This document shows, piece after piece, positions 47,536-59,020 of a DNA stretch of 64,000 nucleotides. The position numbers and the translations under genes were made by a program. Positions within the stretch are counted from its first letter, which is position 1, and every line of letters starts with the position of its first letter. The stretch comes from Takakia lepidozioides (lineage: Eukaryota; Plantae; Bryophyta), in the NCBI GenBank assembly GCA_030704615.1, contig CM060733.1, positions 47,616,001 to 47,680,000 on the forward strand. The letters run 5' to 3'. A model generated the notes under the pieces. It did no database searches. It saw only the letters and a list, made by a program, of their open reading frames with translations, and was not told the DNA's origin.

Positions 47536-49292
47536 CCATCATTCTTCTCACTTGTGCAGTATCATCCCACCTGCTAGCTGCAGCATATATGTTTGATAGT
47601 AGCACATAAGTCGCGGCATCCTGTTCATCCTACTTGAGGATAGATGTTGCCACACGTTTAGCCATCTCCACATTGCCATGGATTCTACAGGCACCAAGCA
47701 AGGCCTTCCACACCACAACATCTAGATTGATTGGCATTTTATTGATCGGGTCCACTGCCTCATCCAGTTGTCCTGCACGTCCAAGAAGGTCCACCATGCA
47801 GCCAAAGTGCTTTACTGTCGGAGTGATACCATGATCTTGACTCAGGGAATCGAAGTAGTGTCTTCCTTCATTCAGTAGGCCAGTGTGACTGCATGCAAAG
47901 AGAACACATATAAAGGCTGTCCAGCTTCAAGCCGTTCTTTTGCATTCCTTCAAATAGTTGCAGGACCTCCCTATGACAACATGTTGGGCATATCCTGCGA
48001 TCATCGCATTCCACATCTGACATACATATCCACGAGGGTATTGTTCAGAACCACATCTGGTACAATTCCAGCTTTGGCGATGCAACCATGCCCTTTTCCA
48101 GGGTTGCCAGGCTTGCATACGCATTGCAAACGCACACAAACGTGATGTGGTCGGGCTTCACCACTTCCCCCATCATTTGTTCATAGGTCTCCAAAAGCCT
48201 CCATCCCGTGCCCCTGCTGTGCATACCCTGCAAGCATCGTGTTCCACGACACCACATCTCGTTCAACCACAGTGTTGAAAACTCCCTTCGCATCCTCGAT
48301 CCACCTACATTTGGCATATGTCCACCAGGGCAGTGTTCAGGATGAATCTGGTGCAATTCCAGCTTTGACGATATCACCATGGACGTCTTTCCCATTTTCC
48401 AGAGCTCCCAAGCTTGCACAGGCATTGCAACCACAAACAAATGTGATGTGGTCAGGCTTCACCCCTTCGCACAACTTTTGCTCATAGGTCTCCAAAGCCT
48501 CTATACCGCACCCCTGCTGTGCATACCCTGCAAGCATCATGTTCTAGAGCCTCCATCCCGTGCCGTTGCTGTGCATATCCTGCAATCATTGCACTCCATG
48601 ACACCACATCTTGTTCAGCCATATTGTCGAACATTCCCTTCATACATGTCCACGAGGGTATTGTTCAGAATGACATTTGGTACAATTGCAGCTCTGACAA
48701 TGTCGCCATGCACCTCTTCACCCTTTTCCAGAGCTGCCAGGCTTGCACACGCATTGCAAATGCACAGAAACGTGATGTGGTCGGGCTTCACCCCTTCCCC
48801 CATCATTTGATCATAGGTCTCCAAGGCCTCCATACCACGCCCTTGTTGTGCATACCCTGCAAGCATCGCGTTCCACATGATTAAAGATGGTTGAGGCATT
48901 CTGTTGAACACTTGGTGAGCATCCATGATGCTCCTACACTTAACATACATGTAGACAAGGGTGTTGAGTAGAAAAACACTTGGCGGGAATACACTTTGGA
49001 TAATGTGAGTGTGCATCTGTTTTCCAGCTTCCAGACCTTTCATCTTGATGCACTTAAGCAAGAGACAGACATACGTATCTGAATCTGCTGAAATGCCTCA
49101 TTTGTTTAAAGTCTGTAGAGCCTCTGTCAGATTGCCTGCCGCACAAAGCATCGTCACATGCCCAGAAGTGCCAGAAGAGGCATTGTGGACTCCCTCTCTT
49201 GATCCCCTTGCAGAAGCTGTGGTCATGGTTGAGGTGCCTGATTTTAGCAAAGGTGCCGCTGCAGCTGCTACTCTCTGTAATCCAACATGCAT
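47536..49292 (-). pseudogene. PLS-class pentatricopeptide repeat protein pseudogene with E domain
   Basis: Repeats WNAMLAGYAQQG.G.EALE.Y..M..EGVKPDHITF....NACASL.ALE.G..VH. E motifs HFGCMVDLLGRAG, VWKALLGACRIHGN, YVLLSNIYA. Many frameshifts and deletions. Confidence 0.9.
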
Positions 49293-49699
49293 TCACCTTT
49301 TTGCCTCAGTTGTCCCACCATTAACTGGGGTCAGGAAAAGTATTCATTCCACAACTTCTCCTCAGCTCTGTTACCTGTTTCTGGATACTTTCCTGTTGTC
49401 ACATTGGCCGTATCATGTCATTCACTCCAAACTATCAAAGGTTCACTCAACTAGCTAACTTGCAGAATTCAACACGGAAATTTAGGGCCGACTCTGATAA
49501 GAGGGAAAAACAGGGTGAAATATGTTGAAGAAGGTGCCTTCATTAGCAGTGTCTAACCGTTGCCGCTGCGGGTTGCAGTTGACCATCTATTTCTTGTACC
49601 TGTCCTTCCACAGGGAATCATAGGTGATTTGGAGCTTGAAATCTGGCCCTCTTAGATGAATCTGGACCCACCCTCTATCCCTGCTCCTTCAGCTATCTA

Positions 49700-49838
49700 T
49701 GCAGAGAGCCTCTGTCAGTCTGCCTGCCTCACAAAGCATCTTCACATGCGCAGAAGTGCCAGAAGAGGCATCAATAAAAAATGGTTCACAGGAGGAACTA
49801 ATGGTTACTTGATGTGCCGATTTCTGAATGTTTTCAAA
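49700..49838. other. Patchwork: duplicate of the PPR 5' region joined to a 69 bp PLE fragment
   Basis: 49705-49771 matches 49117-49183. 49770-49838 matches the reverse complement of 7899-7966 with about six differences. Confidence 0.8.
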
Positions 49839-51749
49839 CGATGTGATCTGCGGAGCCTTTGCACGAAAACCGAAGCTGATCGAATGAGGGAAAGGCCACG
49901 GTTTGCATTGAGCAGCGAGACTGTCGAGAGCTTGCAAGGTGCACGATGGCGGAAAACGCAGAGCTCCTGCAGTTCAAGAACTCCAAGAACCGGGCAGTCC
50001 GGGCAATTCCAAAACAACTTGGCGCTTTGGGTTTTTTCGCGCGAGCCGTCCGGGCAGATTCCAAAGAAATTGACGACGACGATGACGTGGCGACAAAACG
50101 TGGCACTATAGCACCTTATTCCCGCTCTATGCTAAACTAGCTTCCGGTCGTCGCTAGAACTAAGTATGCCATGGCAGTTTTGGACCGTCCAAGATTGTGG
50201 AGAAACTTAGAAGCAATACAAATCTCTTATACACAACTGGAAGCTGCAGATCAATCAACATTTTGAAGCTCATTCTCAATAGTTTGTAAATGCACAGTGG
50301 CTAGATTGAAACTAAAAGTTCCACATTTTCCATTTACTAGCTCAACATTAATTTTGAAATGTTTAGTCTTTTCCATGTAACTTAACTTCATTGACATAGT
50401 TTCTGAACATACTGTGCCCCTAAAGCCCACTTAGGCGATAATTATTCAATGCAAAATGTCTAATGCATTTGATAACTTATCAAATTTTCCCTAATTGCTC
50501 AGAAACCATTTGACAAAAGTGCCTAGTTACTCAGAAATTTGAGCAAATGTTTTTATATTGCTTGTAATAAGAGGAACAAAAATCAAAACACACATGTGCA
50601 GTCGGAACCATCCTTATTCATATAAATCTCAATCTACATACGAGAGCTCCACATAACTTCCAAAAGACTTGACAATGTCATCATATTGATCCTCATCCTC
50701 TCCAGCTAACTAATCCATCATTGCTTTGAGGGATATCCTCATCTTCGAAATGCAGATTTGCAAGACATCTATAGTACTAGTCTCCTCCATGCTAGTATAA
50801 TCTCTTAATCTGATCCGATCTGATCTGATAATCTCTTAATCCAAATTATATTAGTTCCGTGACAAATATGGAACATACGGAGATGAAAGTACGTAGGATC
50901 TCCGCAAATGCGGTGAGAGGCCTGCCAACAGTCTCTCCGCCTGTTTCCATGTAGACCCGACCCCTTCCAATGACATCATTGTTGGAATGGGATTGACCAA
51001 GGGCCCTACCGTTCACTTGGTGACCGCTTGGTCAATGTAGCCATCTCATCTCTCAAGAGGAGCCGGTTGTGCTAAAAGCACAAAAGAATGTGGGCCCGCG
51101 ACACCCCTATGCTGAAAACATGGGCATAAATAAAACATATCGCTGAAATCGGGCAGGGCCAGGCGAGAAATCACCTGGGGAACCCACCCTTTTCGCCTGG
51201 GAACAGGTGAGCATGGCGCCCTAAATCCAAGGGCTGGCGCCCCATCGCACCAGGGGTCAGCGCGATGTCGCCACCTGCACCTATCGCCACCGCGCGATCT
51301 CTAGCCAGTAGCCATATTGCAGCCATACATAGTGACCATATTGCCATATTTCACCCTCTGATCGCCATATTGCGCAATATGTTGCCAGGTGGATTCTTGT
51401 TTATTACGACATTTAACAGACGCAATGCGCCCTAAATGCAGATTACGGTTCATACTGTGGTGTTTTGCTGTTCTAATGATATTATGACACATGGCACATA
51501 AACACTCAACACCCATAACGTGCTGGAAAGACCTCACAGCAGCGCCTAATGTTGTGTGCACAACGTGTCTTGCCCTACTGGGCTTGTGACTCCTCTATAA
51601 ATATCACCCGAATATATATATATATGATGCCAACCAAAGCTAGCGTAAATAAGAGCCTCTTCCACTTGGGAGTACTGCCCCATCTGCCCCATTTCGGGGT
51701 GGGCTCCATCCGCACCGTAAGCCTGTCACACAGGGCTAGTTGGCCACTT

Positions 51750-52200
51750 TCAATCTTACTTTGATTGATGATTAGGGATGTGAGTGATGTAATAGCCGTG
51801 AAATACAAGGCTCGTACTAGAGGTGTAGTGTATTTGGGTGGTAGGTTGAGATTATCTTTCAAACCTTGAATATTATGGGTATAAGCACCGCCCCAGACAC
51901 TCGCAATGACGACAGGGTTAGAGGTGCCGTGTTCCAGCCTCGCTGACAGAGGGCATGTATGATTGGGTCATATTTTTCGTGTTTATACATAATTGATTGA
52001 TCTGGATTTCGATTATGGCATAATGCGAATTCCAAAAAATATATTTTGAGAGATGGAATCGGTTCTGTCGGCAGCAACGCTAATATAAGAAGCCCTTGGA
52101 CTAGCAAAATATCTCGGCATAGCCTTGCCAAGCAAAGGCATGGTGCCCGTGGAAGCATACACACAGTAGCGGCCATGGGGGTATAGTGTGGTCAGGTGGG
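51750..52200 (-). mobile_element. 3' fragment of a non-LTR retrotransposon with a restriction-like endonuclease (RLE) domain
   Basis: CLCLARL.RDILLV...IYFLEF..C.....Q....KHEKYDPII..L...GW follows the PD..E..K..KY layout of R2/R4/NeSL-type RLE domains. Frameshifted. Confidence 0.55.
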
Positions 52201-53198
52201 CGACCTTGGAACGTGTCTGCATTGATGAGGTTAAACCATTTGGATTTTGGATGTGAAATGGATTTGTCTAACCCATTGGTTATGTCTAGTTACCCGCAAT
52301 GCATGAATTATGGGGTGGATGCAGTGGAGAAGTAAGTGTGGCTATGTATCTATTTGGGGATTTTTGGGATGAACCTAACATACAATGTTTATTAGGGTAA
52401 AATAATGGCTAGAACAAGTTCCGTCGTTGATTATCCATGTATTGACCATACCAAAATTTCAAAGTTTGTTTGATTTGAGCATCAATAGCCCTAGGCGATG
52501 TCCAAAAATGATTGGACAAACTATGTAGGGCGGGAGACCCACTTAGATATGTAAGACTTTTTGTAGTAGATGCGGGTTTCTTGTATTAGTAGTTTTAGTT
52601 TCGCCTTATATCACCATAATGATATTTCTCTCCTGCGTCTCAAATACTTCGCACAATCCCTAATAAATTACTAGATGTTCTTTTAATGGCTGCAGTACCT
52701 CCGAGATTATTGCCAATACCTTTTCCAAAAAATATGGATAGATTTCATACTCCTTTTCGTCATCCAGTAGCTGTAGCTACAACAGTTTTTTCCAATCGGT
52801 ACCGCAATAGCTCTTGGGTTGCCCCAAGTCATACAAACTGCTGCTCAACCAATCCAAGGTACATTAGTGCTTCGCGGGGAGCAATGTAGCTGGACCAAGC
52901 AACCTCCTCACCAATGGAGAAAACCTCAATAGGATGTAAGTATGCCAAAGCAATGGGAAAAGTAAACCCATGTCAAGGGTAATTTTTCTTGTGTGGAATT
53001 ATAAAAAAAACGAATGTAATTTACAAATCGAATATGGGCCCTACTTCAGCACGGAGTTAGGCAATACGATCCTACACCATTTATCCCACGTTCATCCATG
53101 ATACAAAGGAATATGCCTATGAAAAATTCCCTTGTCCGTTTGGTGGGCGACTGCATTCCTAAGGGATCAAAGCTGTACAGAGCATGGCCCCACAACGA

Positions 53199-54730
53199 TC
53201 ATCTCGCTGCCGATGAGTTGGGGCTTGCTTTTGTATCCACGCTGGGCATGCCTGACTCTGGTTGCAAGCCGACTGGTGAGGGATCAGGAGGTGGAATGGC
53301 TGAAGTACTGGGCGTTGTTATGTTGTTGGCATCGAAATTCTCCACCCTGCTGATGTCGAGGTCTGTCTGATCCGGTCGCAAGGCATTCACTGCTGAAACG
53401 TACAATGCAACTCCCAAAGAAGATGAGGCAAGTGCGAACACACCCGCTGCTGCAAACTGCCCTTGCCCGACCACCAGACACCGTGTGTGGAGTTGTCTGT
53501 GGTCCTGGATGAGCTTAGATTCAACCCAGATCCCGATCAGTAGCAGGACTGCTGTAACTGCAAAGGATATCCTGCCATGCCCAAGTTTGTGTTTGCGTCA
53601 GCTGAAGTCACCTGCAACGGATAATGAAGATCACTTCCTAACTTGTGACATCCTAGAATGATCTGCAGCACGTAGTAATGTCCATCGAAGTACTCGGAAT
53701 CGGAACAAATGGAAAGCTGGCTTTGAGGAGTTCTAGTTAAGCTAGAAGCATACACATTGTGTTGAAACATAACTTGACCATCCTCAAAAAGGAAAAGTGA
53801 GAGGAAGGGCATGGCGGTTGCGTAAAATTACCATGACAAGATAAAGAAGATTGCAGCTTGCCAGCGTAAGGCTGTTGCGGGGATAGCCGACTTTGGAACC
53901 CATATTCTTGTGGAGGAGCTTACCGAACGGTGAGAAAGCCTATTGCGAAATGCTAAACCCATGAAGGCATGCCCCATGGCCAGAGATATAACTACCGCCA
54001 GCAATCCCCCAGTAGCATAACCTAGTGTGGCAGGCACATTGCCAATATACTTGCAGCGAGGAAACATCTCCACTTGGATATCTCCATTGTCTCCTTGCAC
54101 GTACCCCCAGATTGCCTACGTTGAATTTACACAGATTTTTTGATGAGTTTGATGGGATGAAGCTTCAAATTTGTTCTCTTGGGTACGTGGTATAATTAAC
54201 TGCCTCCTAAACAACTGGAGTCTAATTCTATGATATGAACTCACCTGAACAAAGACTAGCATCACATCCAAGATTGACCAAATGCTTGGGGACAGCCAGA
54301 TTGCTTGAGGAAAGGGAATGGTGCTTATGGAGGGAGCGCGGTTGCCTGTAACCCAGCACGCCACTGACAGAAGGCACTAAAGTGGAAAGATGTATCCATT
54401 GACCCATTTCCGTTCGTATAGGACAAACTTTGCAAGAATAGATAAAGACTCAAAGCTATTAGCTGGTTTCACCTAGGTCTTAAACTCACTGAGAAATCAG
54501 TGAACATTAGGCTTTCGTGTCCACATCTATTACATAACCTACTCTGAGAATGGGGCGATGGAGGCAGGACATACCTGTGATCTGGTTGTTTCGGCAATCA
54601 GGCACAAAACGAAGGAGGTAAGACCCAAGATGCTACAAAAAGGGATCACGGCTATGGCCAGCTTGTCGGAGAATCTGGCTTGCCTGGGATCTATCTCCAG
54701 ATCCGCATGTGTTACCGGTACAGCTGCCAT
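53199..54730 (-). CDS. DUF1218-family (MWL/Fb34-like) membrane protein, 3 exons (54730-54575, 54115-53832, 53571-53199)
   Basis: MAAVPVTHADL..LGLTSFVLCLIAETTRSQ | ..C.Y.G...ALRWQAAIFFILSW | ISFAVTAVLLLIGIWVES..C..VGQGQFAAAGVFAL. GT-AG junctions keep the frame. Confidence 0.85.
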
Positions 54731-56886
54731 AATTTGTTGGTCCTCCTTCTCCTTTCTCCTCGCCTCTGTCCACGTCAATGCATCAATTCAGTACATTTCT
54801 GACTTGATAATTTAAGCAACGATTTGCTTGCTGTGCGTCCATTTAGCGGGGTGATCATATTGGCCTAAATGGCTTGCTAATGAACTTGCTAAGCCATGCT
54901 AAGCCAAAGGGATGTGGATCGTCAGGAATTCCTCACCTACAATTTTACACTCTCAAGAAGGAAAATCTCTAGAGCTCTCGAAGTTACAACAGTTTCTTTT
55001 TCTATGTCCAACCCTCCAAACAGAGGGTCGACTGCACAGGTAGTATGAGAAAGACACACACGCCTCTGTCTCGCACAACAACACAAACAGTGATCATCAG
55101 CTGAACCAACAGGTTTTGAGAGGCTCTTTTTTCCTGCTTACCAGGTATGACCTTCACAGTTCACTAGATTACTGCTCCCGTCTCAGCTGCAGCAGGATCT
55201 GAATGACGTCGAATGTCGCTGGCCGCCTCGAGGGCATGTCTGGTGGATGCACTTAAACAGAAGGCAATCCAGATGATCAACCCTTTGAGAATTGGTTATA
55301 ATTTAAGCAAATCTGAGTGAATGCAACCTGTCGGAACAGGCCAAACTCACAACAAAGAACTTCTGATCAATACCCCCTGGAAACGTAAGAACATGAATGG
55401 CCTCCATGAACCCGTAGCTACAAGAAAGGCAGAGCGTCCTTTGAAATCTTCATCTCCTCACTACAAGTTATCGCTGTTGGATTATAACCTAGAGAAGGGT
55501 TTCGGATTTGAGAGTTCGGGTGTAGGGTGGGTGTAGTTGAGCTGCCTGATATGAGCAAGAAATGAGTGATTTTTCCTCGGATTTGTCCAGGAGAAGAGGC
55601 ACTTTCCTGTTGTCCCTTCAGTGATGGAGCTGCCCAAACCCCCCACGTCTTTCCTTCTCTACATCAAATGTACTAGAACACACTGATCGCAAAACGTCTC
55701 TGGAGAAGGTCCTCCTATCTCACACGCGCACTAGGAAGAACCAGTTGCATATATAAATCCACCCGATTCGAACTAGTGTATCACTAATGTAACATTGACG
55801 AAGCCGTAATCCGACAGCGGCTGGGAGCGATGGATCTTTGGAAATCGGTACTCAACCTGCCAAAAGAGCATCTACAATTGAACGGCCGATAGGAAGGATG
55901 AGCTTCCTGCCCTTTTGACGGGTAGCAGCATCGACTAGTCACGGAAATGCTAAGGCTCTACAGCTGAAGGGAATGTGAGCTACAATTCAATATCGCAAAG
56001 GCGCAGGACGGGTGTCCTTCAAAAGATGCAGCAAACAGCAAGCTGCCAACACACGGATCGTAGGGAAGACGAGCCCCAGGCAAGCTGACACGTTGAAGGC
56101 TACCTTCACCTTCTAGTCAAAGCTTTGCAAACTCCCGGATCATTTTCTCCCTCCGACGCTTTCCCTATTCTTGAAGTCGCCATAGTTCCTTGTCAGTCAC
56201 AATCTCATGAGAAACAGCTTCTAAGTTCTCCCTATCAAAAAATGAACCAGGTAATTGTTGTGGCTACTTCAGCTACCGACAAAACTGACAAGAGTCACCC
56301 ACCTACGTTGCCTCAGTAATGAGTAAAGCTTCTTGACACATAATGTGGGCCTTGAGATCAAAAACCGAAGTGCAGCACATGGCTGCTGCACAGTGGCTAC
56401 AACAGACAACAAGAATTACGTTGGGTCCCACAAGTGTCAGATCGCCGAAATGCTCACACCACTACAAACCCATTTCCTGCGGGAAGAGAAGACCACTCGT
56501 TACTTATTACTAAGTTATCCCACATCGTCATCTCCAGAAGCTAGAAGCAAGATCTTAGAAGCAAAGATGGATCGCGCAGGAATCTAGCAGCTACTGGAGG
56601 TAGACCGTATGTACATTTCACTCAACGCGGTGTGGGCCCAGTGGGTTTGTTTACTGGTTTGGAGGGCGGCTTGTGGTCGGTTGGCATCATCATGGGCATT
56701 TATACTTTTATGATTGTTATATGATTGTGGTTGTTGAGTTTTTGGTTTGGGTTTCCAAGGAACTTCCACCAGAGGAACCCATTGTTTGAGGCAGGGAGGC
56801 ATTAGAGGAGCCCCAGGCCCGAGGGGGAGAGAGAGATGACAAGGGTTTGATTTGAACCCCCAAACCCACAGGCCAATGCACCACCG

Positions 56887-57391
56887 TCTCTTGCTTTGCT
56901 TTGGCACAACATAAGAGGAAGGTAAGACTAGGGAGCATGACTCAGCACAACAAACCAATCAACGCCATGACACGGTGTAAGGTCCTTTGACCACATTTTC
57001 TCCACATTTTCTCCATTGACTTGCATGTCTCCACAAAGTCTCTCTCTACAAGAGAGCCCACAAACCAAGTTATGGCTATGCATTGCTCCGCACTACTAGT
57101 GACGACTTTTTATAAAAATCGTTGGGTGGATTGGAAATATATTATATATAAAAATAAATAGGAGTCCGAACTAATGGTACTTTTGCCGGATTTAGGCGAC
57201 TTGGGCTCCTATGGCAAGTCCCCTTTTTTGGCTCTCTTGTAGAGAGAGACTTTGCGGAGACATGCAAATCAATGGAGAAAATGTGGTCAAAGGACCTTAC
57301 ACCGTGTCAAGGCGTTGATTGGTGTGTTGTGCTGAGTCATGCTCCCTAGTCTTACCTTCCTCTTATGTTGTGCCAAAGCAAAGCAAGAGAG
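56887..57391. repeat. Inverted repeat with ~165 bp arms (56887-57058 and 57230-57391) of a dispersed TE-derived sequence
   Basis: The arms are near-identical reverse complements, and ORFs 56584(-) and 57319(+) both start MVCCAESCSLVLPSSYVVPKQSKR. A third copy lies at 30927-31103. Confidence 0.85.
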
Positions 57392-59020
57392 CCAATTGCC
57401 TTTTGAGGCTTGTTTTAATGTGGGACTCAGTGTTAAATATTTTAGAATGTGAAAAATTGTCTCTGAGTAGCTTTTGGAAAGATGATGGTAAATGGAGGAG
57501 ACGAGGTTCAAGGTTTTATTCTTGATGGGTGGCAATGTCACCCTTGGCTTCTATGGTTTGTGTCACCCCTATGTGTATTGTATAATTCATCGACAACCAA
57601 GTTGTAGCCGAGTGGTAATGGCCACATCCCACCTTGGAAGTGGTTGTGGGTTCAATCCATTGATTGGTGTCACAAAGGTGTCCAGTGTCCACCTTCTTGC
57701 AGGAAGACAGTAGCCATTCCAGGTCTTCGAAAAGATGCCATAATTTACGCTTCCTTGGGGAGGCGTCATATATTATTATATAACTCATCTTAGTCCATCT
57801 TAAACTTAGCCTACAAATTGGGACGTGCTCAAAATCTGAGACCAAATGTGAGTTACACGGAGTGGAGTTGTATTTCCCCGTCGGGTAACCGAGTGTAACC
57901 CCAAGTGGAATTACATTCCCCATCGTATCATCCCAACGGGAGTTTACACTCTTTCCAACATGTTTTTCTTTGGCAAATTTTCGCCAAATGGCGACCTCAA
58001 AATATAGAAAGGAAAATTCTGTCGCACATTCCCTGTTTTTCATGGATGAAATCGCCAAATTTCTCCAAAAAATAAATAAATAATGGATGATTTGTCAAAT
58101 ATGGATGATATGAATGGATGAAAGTATGGATGTGAATGATTCTCTCCTAATCTGAATGGATGAACAGAATATACGCCTAATTTTTTGCAAAACGCTGTAG
58201 CCACTCGTGCTATTTTTTTGAATTAAAAAAAAAAAACTCTGATGCTTACCACGAAATCAAAGTAATATTTGGAAGTGCTATAACATTTACATCGAATATG
58301 TGAAGTATCGAAAGCAAAAAAGAAATATTAGAGCAGATTTGACAAAAATGATTTTCATAATTCAGTCATTTTTGTTCTTTCTTTTCCTGGCACTTTGTGC
58401 TGAATGTACGTTGATGATGTGGCCTCCGAGTTGTGGCAACAATGATGTGGCAGGAATGGCGTCTTTTTTATTGTTTTATTTCCTTTTGAATTTTTGGTGC
58501 AATCCGGGCAGCTTTAAGCAAATGATGGCGGGTGATTCAATGACATGGCGAGGATGACGTGGCATAACGATGACGTGGCACTATGGCAGCCTATTCCTGC
58601 TGTACACTAAAATCTCCGACAGGCTTAAGAATGAAAGAAAAAAAGAGGTGATTCAGGGTTTGTGCCAGCTTGAAGCAGTAACATATTTTCTTAAGCAGGG
58701 TACAGGCCGTACAAGTCAGTCCCAAAATAAATCCCATTACTGCACTAGCACCATCTTAGCATTTAAACATTTGCAAAAACTTGTTAGTTCTGGATAGCAA
58801 TTATCTGTTGAATGTAAGATTACTGACCTTTGTTGGCTACATGGAGTACAGCAGAGGGTGTAGCACACCTCTCAGAACTACAAGTGGGGTGTTGACCCAC
58901 CAAGGGCATCAGATTCAAGTCGGGCATCGCCAGTTGCTGGGCATTCACTTTCTCTGAATTAGCTTGCATTGCCACCATACTGGGGCGCTTATGAGAGAGC
59001 TGGAGGTTGTCCATGATTTT

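Noticed and set aside
57790-58600. Probable MITE or TE remnants (TGACGTGGC and ATGGATGA clusters)
   Set aside because: The motif clusters are visible, but I could not define paired termini or a target duplication.
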